64,000 nt of DNA. Source: the human T2T-CHM13v2.0 reference genome, Homo sapiens. The DNA is taken from contig CP068257.2 of assembly GCA_009914755.4 (NCBI GenBank), positions 1,280,001-1,344,000 of the forward strand. The letters are read 5' to 3'. The position numbers and the translations under genes are program-made. Each line of letters begins with the position of its first letter. Positions within the stretch are counted from its first letter, which is position 1. The notes under the pieces were generated by a model. The model was not told the DNA's origin, did no database searches, and saw nothing but the letters and a program-made list of their open reading frames with translations. This document shows, piece after piece, positions 1-13,216 of the stretch.

Positions 1-210
1 CTCTACATGAAATATCAAAGTTCACAAACTATATATTATATACTATACATAAAATATCAAAGTACCCAAGGTATCTATTGTATACTGTACAAAATATATC
101 AAAGTACCCAAAGCATGTATTATATACTCTACATAAAATATGAAAGTACATCAAATATATATTTTATTCTGTACATAAAATATAAAAGTACACCAGATAT
201 ATATTCTATA

Positions 211-291
211 GTGTACATAAAATAACAAAGTACACAAACTATAAATTATATACTGTACGTAAAATATGAAATTACATCAAATATATATTAG
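211..291. repeat. Variant monomer pair: H' 211-252 (aaaataacaaagtacacaaactataaatt; carries in-frame TAA) followed by short 39-bp I monomer 253-291 (…atatattag, lacks atat). This makes the 373-bp HOR length variant and shifts the frame by +1.
   Basis: Counted directly. Long I is 44 bp (626-669) and short I is 39 bp (253-291). ORF-track starts such as 266, 1017, 2267, 4267, 4640 are all 373 or 378 nt (or sums) apart. ORFs ending ...SIVYIK stop at the H' TAA. Confidence 0.75.
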
Positions 292-669
292 GTACATAAA
301 ATATGAAAGTACATCAAATATAGATTATATACTGTACATAAAATATCAAAGTACCCCAAATATATATTATATACTGTATATGAAATATCAAAGTTCACAA
401 ACTATATATTATATACTGTACATAAAATATCAAAGTACCCAAGATATATATTCTATACTGTACAAAAAATATCAAAGTACCCAAAGCATGTATTATATAC
501 TGTACATAAAATATGAAAGTACATCAAATATATATTTTATTCTGTACATAAAATATCAAAGTACACCAGATATATATTCTATAGTGTACATAAAATATCA
601 AAGTACCCAAACTATACATTATATACTATACATAAAATATGAAATTACATCAAATATATATTATATTAG
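292..669. repeat. Representative 378-bp higher-order repeat of nine position-specific monomer types: A 292-331 (40 bp), B 332-373, C 374-415, D 416-457, E 458-499, F 500-541, G 542-583, H 584-625, I 626-669 (44 bp)
   Basis: Types are recognisable by diagnostic motifs: A catcaaatatagattatata; B gtaccccaaatatatattatata; C ctgtatatgaaatatcaaagttcacaaac (both GTAC sites lost, carries ATG); D cccaaggtatatattctata; E ctgtacaaaaaatatcaaagtacccaaagcatgtatt; F gtacatcaaatatatattttatt; G gtacaccagatatatattctata; H gtgtac...cccaaactatacattatata; I aaatatgaaattacatcaaatatatatt(atat)tag. The same order recurs throughout the window. In the ORF track the 14-aa blocks IKYESTSNIDYILY ... IKYEITSNIYYIRY repeat every 126 aa = 378 nt. 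Confidence 0.8.
416..457. repeat. Representative 42-bp monomer (D-type): ctgtacataaaatatcaaagtacccaagatatatattctata; 17-bp subunit 418-434 (GTAC...), 25-bp subunit 435-459
   Basis: Monomer boundaries counted base by base from position 253 onward. GTAC at 418 and 435, next GTAC at 460 (17/25 spacing). Confidence 0.9.
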
Positions 670-3600
670 GTACATAAAATATGAAAGCACATCAAATATA
701 GATTATATACTGTACATAAAATATCAAAGTACCCCAAATATATATTATATACTGTATATGAAATATCAAAGTTCACAAACTATATATTATATACTGTACA
801 TAAAATATCAAAGTACCCAAGATATATATTCTATACTGTACAAAAAATATCAAAGTACCCAAAGCATGTATTATATACTGTACATAAAATATGAAAGTAC
901 ATCAAATATATATTTTATTCTGTACATAAAATATCAAAGTACACCAGATATATATTCTATAGTGTACATAAAATAACAAAGTACAGAAACTATAAATTAT
1001 ATACTGTACATAAAACATGAAATTACATCAAATATATATTAGGTACATAAAATATGAAAGTACATCAAATATAGATTATATACTGTACATAAAATATCAA
1101 TGTACCCCAAATATATATTTTATACTCTACATGAAATATCAAAGTTCACAAACCATATATTATATACTGTACATAAAATATCAAAGTACCCAAGGTATAT
1201 ATTCTATACTATACAAAAAATATCAAAGTACCCAAAGCATGTATTATATACTGTACATAAAATATGAAATTATATCAAATATATAATTTATTCTGTACAC
1301 AAAATATCAAAGTACACCAGATATATATTCTATAGTGTACATAAAATATCAAAGTACCCAAACTATACATTATATACTGTACATAAAATATGAAATTACA
1401 TCAAATATATATTAGGTACATAAAATATGAAAGTATATCAAATATAGATTATATACTGTACATATAATATCAATGTACCCCAAATATATATTTTATACTC
1501 TACATGAAATATCAAAGTTCACAAACCATATATTACATACTGTACATAAAATATCAAAGTACCCAAGGTATATATTCTATACTGTACAAAAAATATCAAA
1601 GTACACAAAGCATGTATTATATACTGTACATAAAATATGAAAGTACATCAAATATATATTTTATTCTGTACATAATATATGAAAGTACACCAGATATATA
1701 TTCTATAGTGTACATAAAATATAAAAGTACCCAAACTATACATTATATACTGTACATAAAATATGAAATTACATCATATATATATCATATTAGGTACATA
1801 AAATATGAAAGCATATCAAATATAGATTATATACTGTATATTAAATACCAAAGTACCCCAAATATATATTTTATACTGTACATCCAATATCAAAGTTCAC
1901 AAACTATATATTATATACTGAACATAAAATATCAAAGTACCCAAGGTATATATTCTATACTGTACAAAAAATATCAAAGTACCCAAAGCATGTATTATAT
2001 ACTGTACATAAAATATGAAAGTACATCAAATATATATTTTATTCTGTACATAAAACATCAAAGTACACCAGATATATATTCTATACTGTACAAAAAATAT
2101 CAAAGTACCCAAAGCGTGTATTATATACTGTACATAAAATATGAAAGTACATCAAATATATATTTTATTCTGTACATAAAATATCAAAGTACACCAGATA
2201 TATATTCTATAGTGTACATAAAGTAACAAAGTACACAAACTATAAATTATATACTGTACGTAAAATATGAAATTACATCAAATATATATTAGGTACATAA
2301 AATATGAAAGTACATCAAATATAGATTATATACTGTACATAAAATATCAATGTACCCCAAATATATATTTTATACTCTACATGAAATATCAAAGTTCACA
2401 AACCATATATTATATACTGTACATAAAATATCAAAGTACCCAAGGTATATATTCTATACTGTACAAAAAATATCAAAGTACCCAAAGCATGTATTATATA
2501 CTGTACATAAAATATGAAACTTCATCAAATATATATTTTATTCTGTACAAAAAATATCAAAGTACACCAGACATATTTTCTATAGTGTACATAAAATATC
2601 AAAGTACCCAAAGCATGTATTATATACTGTACATAAAATATGAAAGTACATCAAATATATATTTTATTCTGTACATAAAACATCAAAGTACACTAGATAT
2701 ATATTCTATAGTGTACATAAAATATCAAAGTACCCAAACTATACATTATATACTGTACATAAAATATGAAATTACATCAAATATATATTATATTAGGTAC
2801 ATAAAATATGAAAGTACATCAAATATAGATTATATACTGTACATAAAATATCAAAGTACCCAAATATATATTATATACTCTACATGAAATATCAAAGTTC
2901 ACAAACTATATATTATATACTGTACATAAAATATCAAAGTACCCAAGGTATATATTCTATACTGTACAAAAAATATCAAAGTATCCAAAGCATGTATTAT
3001 ATACTGTATATAAAATATGAAAGTACATTAAATATATATTTTATTCTGTACATAAAATATCAAAGTACACCAGATATATATTCTATAGTGTACATAAAAT
3101 AACAAAGTACACAAACTATAAATTATATACTGTACATAAAATATGAAATTACATCAAATATATATTAGGTACATAAAATATGAAAGTACATCAAATATAG
3201 ATTATATACTGTACATATAATATCAATGTACCCCAAATATATATTTTATACTCTACATGAAATATCAAATTTCACAAACCATACATTATATACTGTAAAT
3301 AAAATATCAAATTACACAAGGTATATATTCTATACTGTACAAAAAATATGAAAGTACCCAAAGCATGTATTATATACTGTACATAAAATATGAAAGTACA
3401 TCAAATATATATTTTATTCTGTACAAAAAATATCAAAGTACACCAGATATATATTCTATAGTGTACATAAAATAACAAAGTACACAAAATATAAATTATA
3501 TACTGTACATAAAATATGAAATTACATCAAATATATATTAGGTACATAAAATATGAAAGTACATCAAATATAGATTATATACTGTACATAAAATATCAAT

Positions 3601-6600
3601 GTACCCCAAATATATATTTTATACTCTACATGAAATATCAAAGTTCACAAACCATATATTATATACTGTACATAAAATATCAAAGTACCCAAGGTATATA
3701 TTCTATACTGTACAAAAAATATCAAAGTATCCAAAGCACGTATTATATACTGTATATAAAATATGAAATTACATTAAATATATATTTTATTCTGTACATA
3801 AAACATCAAAGTACACCAGATATATATTCTATAGTGTACATAAAATATCAAAGTAACCAAACTATACATTATATACTGTACAGAAAATATGAAATTACAT
3901 CAAATATATATTATATTAGGTACATAAAATATGAAAGTACATCAAATATAGATTCTATACTGTACATAAAATATCAAAGTACCCCAAATATATATTATAT
4001 ACTCTACATGAAATATCAAAGTTCACAAACTATATATTATATACTGTACATAAAATATCAAAGTACCCAAGGTATATATTCTATACTGTACAAAAAATAT
4101 CAAAGTATCCAAAGCATGTATTATATACTGTATATAAAATATGAAAGTACATTAAATATATATTTTATTCTGTACATAAAATATCAAAGTACACCAGATA
4201 TATATTCTATAGTGTACATAAAATATCAAAGTACGCAAACTATACATTATATACTGTACATAAAATATGAAATTACATCAAATATATATTAGGTACATAA
4301 AATATGAAAGTACATCAAATATAGATTATATACTGTACATAAAATATCAAAGTACCCCAAATATATATTATATACTCTACATGAAATATCAAAGTTCACA
4401 AACTATATATTATAAACTATACATAAAATATCAAGGTACCCAAGGTATATATTCTATACTGTACAAAAAATATCAAAGTACCCAAAGCATGTATTATATA
4501 CTGTACATAAAATATGAAAGTACATCAAATATATATTTTACTCTGTACATAAAATATCAAAGTACACCAGATATATATTCTATAGTGTACATAAAATAAC
4601 AAAGTACACAAACTATAAATTATATACTGTACATAAAATATGAAATTACATCAAATATATATTAGGTACATAAAATATGAAAGTACATCAAATATAGATT
4701 ATATACTGTACATAAAATATCAATGTACCCCAAATATATATTTTATACTCTACATGAAATATCAAAGTTCACAAACCATATATTATATACTGTACATAAA
4801 ATATCAAAGTACCCAAGGTATATATTCTATACTATACAAAAAATATCAAAGTACCCAAAGCATGTATTATATACTGTACATAAAATATGAAAGTACATCA
4901 AATATATATTTTATTCTGTACACAAAATATCAAAGTACACCAGATATATATTTTATAGTGTACATAAAATATCAAAGTACCCAAACTATACATTATACAC
5001 TGTACATAAAATATGAGATTACATCAAATATATATTATATTAGGTACATAAAATATGAAAGTACATCTGATATAGATTATATACTGTACATAAAATATCA
5101 AAGTACCCCAAATATATATTATATACTCTACATGAAATATCAAAGTTCACAAACTATATATTATATACTGTACATAAAATATCAAAGTACCCAAGGTATA
5201 TATTCTATACTGTACAAAAAATATCAAAGTACCCAAAGCATGTATTATATACTGTATATAAAATATGAAAATACATTAAATATATATTTTATTCTGTACA
5301 TGAAATATAAAGGTACACCAGATATATATTCTATAGTGTACATAAAATAACAAAGTACACAAACTATAAATTATATACTGTACATAAAATATGAAATTAC
5401 ATCAAATATATATTAGGTACATAAAATATGAAAGTACATCAAATATAGATTATATACTGTACATATAATATCAATGTACCCCAAATATATATTTTATACT
5501 CTACATGAAATATCAAAGTTCACAAACCATACATTATATACTGTACATAAAATATCAAAGTACCCAAGGTATATATTCTATACTATACAAAAAATATCAA
5601 AGTACCCAAAGCATGTATTATATACTGTACATAAAATATGAAAGTACATCAAATATATATTTTATTCTGTACATAAAATATCAAAGTACACCAGATATAT
5701 ATTCTATAGTGTACATAAAATATAAAAGTACCCAAACTATACATTATATACTGTACATAAAATATGAAATTACATCAAATATGTATTATATTAGGTACAT
5801 AAAATATGAAAGCATATCAAATATAGATTATATACTGTATATTAAATACCAAAGTACCCCAAATATATATTTTATACTGTACATCAAATATCAAAGTTCA
5901 CAAACTATATATTATATACTGTACATAAAATATCAAAGTACCCATGATATATATTCTATACTGTACAAAAAATATCAAAGTACCCAAAGCGTGTATTATA
6001 TACTGTACATAAAATATGAAAGTATATCAAATATATATTTTATTCTGTACATAAAATATCAAAGTACACCAGATATATATTCTATAGTGTACATAAAATA
6101 TCAAAGTACCCAAACTATACATTATATACTGTACATAAAATATGAAATTACATCAAATTTATATTAGGGACATAAAATATGAAAGTACATCAAATATAGA
6201 TCATATACTGTACATAAAATATCAAAGTACCCCAAATATATATTATATACTCTACATGAAATATCAAAGTTCACAAACTATATATTATATACTGTACATA
6301 AAATATCAAAGTACCCAAGGTATATATTCTATACTGTACAAAAAATATCAAAGTATACAAAGCATGTATTATATACTGTATATAAAATATGAAAGTACAT
6401 TAAATATATATTTTATTCTGTACATAAAATATCAAAGTACACCAGATATATATTCTATAGTGTACATAAAATAACAAAGTACACAAACTGTAAATTATAT
6501 ACTGTACATAAAATATGAAATTACATCAAATATATATTAGGTACATAATATATGAAAGTACATCAAATATAGATTATATACTGTACATATAATATCAATG

Positions 6601-9600
6601 TACCCCAAATATATATTTTATACTCTACATGAAATATCAAAGTTCACAAACCATACATTATATACTGTACATAAAATATCAAAGTACCCAAGGTATATAT
6701 TCTATACTGTACAAAAAATATCAAAGTACCCAAAGCATGTATTATATACTGTACATAAAATATGAAAGTACATCAAATATATATTTTATTCTGTACATAA
6801 AACATCAAAGTACACCAGATATATATTCTATAGAGTACATAAAATATCAAAGTACCCAAACTATACATTATATACTGTACATAAAATATGAAATTACATC
6901 AAATATATATTATATTAGGTACATAAAATATGAAAGTACATCAAATATAGATTATATACTGTACATAAAATATCAAAGTACCCCAAATATATATTATATA
7001 CTCTACATGAAATATCAAAGTTCACAAACTATATATTATATACTGTACAAAAAATATCAAAGTACCCAAGGTATATATTCTATACTGTACAAAAAATATC
7101 AAAGTACCCAAAGCATGTATTATATACTGTACATAAAATATGAAACTACATCAAATATATATTTTATTCTGTACATAATATATCAAAGTACACCAGATAT
7201 ATATTGTATAGTGTACATAAAATAACAAAGTAAAAAAACTATTCATTATATACTGTACATAAAATATGAGATTACATCAAATATATATTATATTAGGTAC
7301 ATAAAATATGAAAGTACATCAGATATAGATTATATACTGTACATAAAATATCAAAATACCCCAAATATATATTATATACTCTACATGAAATATCAAAGTT
7401 CACAAACTATATATTATATACTGTACATAAAATATCAAAGTACCCAAGGTATATATTCTATACTGTACGAAAAATATCAAAGTACCCAAAGCATGCATTA
7501 TATACTGTATATAAAATATGAAAATACATTAAATATATATTTTATTCTGTACGTAAAATATCAAAGTACACCAGATATATATTCTATAGTGTACATAAAA
7601 TAACAAAGTACACAAACTATAAATTATATACTGTATGTAAAATATGAAATTACATCAAATATATATTAGGTACATAAAATATGAAAGTACATCAAATATA
7701 GATTATATACTGTACATATAATATCAATGTACCCCAAATATATATTTTATACTCTACATGAAATATCAAAGTTCACAAACCATATATTATATACTGTACA
7801 TAAAATATCAAAGTACCCAAGGTATATATTCTATACTGTACAAAAAATATCAAAGTACCCAAAGCATGTATTATATACTGTACATAAAATATGAAAGTAC
7901 ATCAAATATATATTTTATTCTGTACATAAAATATCAAAGTACACCAGATATATATTCTATAGTGTACATAAAATATCAATGTACCCAAACTATACATTAT
8001 ATACTGTACATAAAATATGAAATTACATAAAATATATATTATATTAGGTACATAAAATATGAAAGCACATCAAATATAGATTATATACTGTACATTAAAT
8101 ACCAAAGTACCCCAAATATATATTTTATACTGTACATCAAATATCAAAGTTCACAAACTATATATTATATACTGTACATAAAATATCAAAGTACCCAAGG
8201 TATATATTCTATACTGTACAAAAAATATCAAAGTACCCAAAGCATGTATTATATACTGTACATAAAATATGAAAGTAGATCAAATATATATTTTATTCTG
8301 TACATAAAATATCAAAGTACACCAAATATATATTATATACTCTACATGAAATATCAAAGTTCACAAACTATATATTATATACTGTACATAAAATATCAAA
8401 GTACCCAAGGTATATATTCTATACTGTACAAAAAATATCAAAGTACCCAAAGCATGTATTATATACTGTACATAAAATATGAAAGTACATCAAATATATA
8501 TTTTATTCTGTACATAATATATCAAAGTACACCAGATATATATTCTATAGTGTACATAAAATATCAAAGTACCCAAACTATACATTATATACTGTACATA
8601 AAATATGAGATTACATCAAATATATATTATATTAGGTACATAAAATATGAAAGTACATCAGATATAGATTATATACTGTACAAAAAATATCAAAGTACCC
8701 CAAATATATATTATATACTCTACATGAAATATCAAAGTTCACAAACTATATATTATATACTGTACATAAAATATCAAAGTACCCAAGGTATGTATTCTAT
8801 ACTGTACAAAAAATATCAAAGTATCCAAAGCATGTATTATATACTGTATATAAAATATGAAAGTACATTAAATATATATTTTATTCTGTACATAAAATAT
8901 CAAAGTACACCAGATATATATTCTATAGTGTACATAAAATAACAAAGTACACAAACTATAAATTATATACAGTACATAAAATATGAAATTATATCAAATA
9001 TATATTAGGTACATAAAATATGAAAGTACATCAAATATAGATTATATACTGTACATATAATATCAATGTACCCCAAATATATATTTTATACTCTACATGA
9101 AATATCAAAGTTCACAAACCATATATTATATACTGTACATAAAATATCAAAGTACCCAAGGTATATATTCTATACTATACAAAAAATATCAAAGTACCCA
9201 AAGCATGTATTATATACTGTACATAAAATATGAAAGTACATCAAATATATATTTTATTCTGTACATAATATATCAAAGTACACCAGATATATATTTTATA
9301 GTGTACATAAAATATCAAAATACCCAAACTATACATTATATACTGTACATAAAATATGAGATTACATCAAATATATATTATATTAGGTACATAAAATATG
9401 AAAGTACATCAGATATAGATTATATACTGTACATAAAATATCAAAGAACCCAAATATATATTATATACTCTACATGAAATATCAAAGTTCACAAACTATA
9501 TATTATATACTGTACATAAAATATCAAAGTACCCAAGGTATATATTCTATACTGTACAAAAAATATCAAAGTACCCAAAGCGTGTATTATATACTGTACA

Positions 9601-12600
9601 TAAAATATGAAAGTACATCAAATATATATTTTATTCTGTACATAAAATATCAAAGTACACCAGATATATATTCTATAGTGTACATAAAATATCAAAGTAC
9701 CCAAACTATACATTATATACTGTACATAAAATATGAAATTAAATCAAATATATATTATATTAGGTACATAAAATATGAAAGTACATCAAATATAGATTAT
9801 ATACTGTACATAAAATATCAAAGTACCCCAAATATATATTTTATACTCTACATGAAATATCAAAGTTCACACACTATATATTATATACTGTACATAAAAT
9901 ATCAAAGTACCCAAGGTATATATTCTATACTGTACAAAAAATATCAAAGTACCCAAAGCATGTATTATATACTGTATATAAAATATGAAAATACATTAAA
10001 TACATATTTTAATCTGTACATAAAATATCAAAGTACGCCAGATATATATTCTATAGTGTACATAAAATAACAAAGTACACAAACTATAAATTATATACTG
10101 TACATAAAATATGAAATTACATCAAACATATATTAGGTACATAAAATATGAAAGTACATCAAATATAGATTATATACTGTACATATAATATCAATGTACC
10201 CCAAATATATATTTTATACTCTACATGAAATATCAAAGTTCACAAACCATACATTATATACTGCACATAAAATATCAAAGTACCCAAGGTATATATTCTA
10301 TAGTGTACAAAAAATATCAAAGTACCCAAAGCATGTATTATATATTGTACATAAAATATGAAAGTATATCAAATATATATTTTATTCTGTACATAAAATA
10401 TCAAAGTACACCAGATATATATTCTATAGTGTACATAAAATATCAAAGTACCCAAACTATACATTATATACTGTACATAAAATATGAAATTACATCAAAT
10501 ATATATTAGGTACATAAAATATGAAAGTACATCAAATATAGATTATATACTGTACATAAAATATCAAAGTACCCCAAATATATATTATATACTCTACATG
10601 AAATATCAACGTTCACAAACTATATATTATATACTGTACATAAAATATCAAAGTACCCAAGGTATATATTCTATACTGTACAAAAAATATCAAAGTACCC
10701 AAAGCATGTATTATATACTGTATATAAAATATGAAAGTACATCACATATATATTTTATTCTGTACATAAAATATCAAAGTACACCAGATATATATTCTAT
10801 AGTGTACATAAAATAACAAAGTAAAAAAACTATAAATTATATACTGTACATAAAATATGAAATTACATCAAATATATATTAGGTACATAAAATATGAAAG
10901 TACATCAAATATAGATTATATACTGTACATAAAATATCAATGTACCCCAAATATATATTTTATACTCTACATGAAATATCAAAGTTCACAAACCATATAT
11001 TATATACTGTACATAAAATATCAAAGTACCCAAGGTATATATTCTATACTATACAAAAAATATCAAAGTACCCAAAGCATGTATTATATACTGTACATAA
11101 AATATGAAAGTACATCAATTATATATTTTATTCTGTACATAAAATATCAAAGTACACCAGATATATATTCTATAGTGTACATAAAATATAAAAGTACCCA
11201 AACTATACATTATATACTGTACATAAAATATGAAATTACATCAAATATGTATTATATTAGGTACATAAAATATGAAAGCATATCAAATATAGATTATATA
11301 CTGTATATTAAATACCAAAATTCCCCAAATATATATTTTGTACTGTACATCAAATACCAAAGTTCACAAACTATATATTATATACTGTACATAAAATATC
11401 AAAGTACCCAAGGTATATATTCTATACTGTACAAAAAATATCAAAGTACCCAAAGCGTGTATTATATACTGTACATAAAATATGAAAGTACATCAAATAT
11501 ATATTTTATTCTGTACATAAAATATCAAAGTACACCAGATATATATTCTATAGTGTACATAAAATATCAAAGTACCCAAACTATACATTATATACTGTAC
11601 ATAAAATATGAGATTACATCAAATATATATTATATTAGCTACATAAAATATGAAAGTACATCAGATATAGATTATATACTGTACATAAAATATCAAAGTA
11701 CCCCAAATATATATTATATACTCTACATGAAATATCAAAGTTCACAAACTATATATTATATACTGTACATAAAATATCAATGTACCCAAGGTATATATTC
11801 TATACTGTACAAAAAATATCAAAGTACCCAAAGCATGTATTATATACTGTATACAAAATATGAAAATACATTAAATATATATTTTATTCTGTACATAAAA
11901 TATCAAAGTACACCAGATATGTATTCTATAGTGTACATAAAATAACAAATTACAAAAACTATAAATTATATACTGTACGTTAAATATGAAATTACATCAA
12001 ATATATATTAGGTACATAAAATATGAAAGTACATCAAATATAGATTATATACTGTACATATAATATCAATGTACCCCAAATATATATTTTATACTCTACA
12101 TGAAATATCAAAGTTCACAAACCATACATTATATACTGTACATAAAATATCAAAGTACCCAAGGTATATATTCTATACTGTACGAAAAATATCAAAGTAC
12201 CCAAAGCATGTATTATATACTGTACATAAAATATGAAAGTACATCAAATATATATTTTATTCTGTACATAAAATATCAAAGTACACCAGATATATATTCT
12301 ATAGTGTACATAAAATATCAAAGTACCCAAACTATACATTATATACTGTACATAAAATATGAAATTACATCAAATATATATTAGGTACATAAAATATGAA
12401 AGTATATCAAATATAGATTATATACTGTACATATAATATCAATGTACCCCAAATATATATTTTATACTCTACATGAAATATCAAAATTCAAAAACCATAT
12501 ATTATATACTGTACATAAAATATCAAAGTACCCAAGGTATATATTCTATACTGTACAAAAAATATCAAAGTACCCAAAGCATGTATTATATACTGTACAT

Positions 12601-13216
12601 AAAATATGAAAGTACATCAAATATATATTTTATTCTGTACATAAAATATCAAAGTACACCAGATATATATTCTATAGTGTACATAAAATATCAATGTACC
12701 CAAACTATACATTATATACTGTACATAAAATATGAAATTACATCAAATATATATTATATTAGGTACATAAAATATGAAAACACATCAAATATAGATTATA
12801 TACTGTACATTAAATGCCAAAGTACCCCAAATATATATTTTATACTGTACATCAAATATCAAAGTTCACAAACTATATATTATATACTGTACATAAAATA
12901 TCAAAGTACCCAAGGTATATATTCTATACTGTACAAAAAATATCAAAGTACCCAAAGCATGTATTATATACTGTACATAAAATATGAAAGTACATCAAAT
13001 ATATATTTTATTCTGTACTTAAAACATCAAAATACACCAGATATATATTCTATAGTGTACATAAAATATCAAAGTACCCAAACTATACATTATATACTGT
13101 ACATAAAATATGAAATTACATCAAATATATATTAGGTACATAAAATATGAAAGTACATCAAATATAGATTATATACTGTACATAAAATATCAAAGTACCC
13201 AAATATATATTATATA

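Larger units (their letters stand above)
1..5520. repeat. Segmental duplication, copy 1 (paired with 13217-18736; offset exactly 13,216 bp; very high identity). Probably extends left of the window.
   Basis: Positions 1-110 and 13217-13326 match including rare variants (gtatctattg / caaaatatatcaaag). ORF-track pairs 266/13482 (236 aa, identical), 1017/14233 (89 aa, identical), 1504/14720 (1 aa difference in 240), 2267/15483, 3516/16732 and 4640/17856 are all offset by 13,216. Identity drops after about 5520/18736 (5521-5620 vs 18737-18836 show 4 or more mismatches, then long-I vs short-I difference). Confidence 0.8.

Noticed and set aside
253-291. 39-bp monomer as a possible functional motif (e.g. 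a protein-binding box marking each HOR)
   Set aside because: It is simply a 5-bp deletion (atat plus 1) variant of the I-type monomer and is not uniformly present (the 44-bp I form alternates with it). There is no basis for a functional claim.
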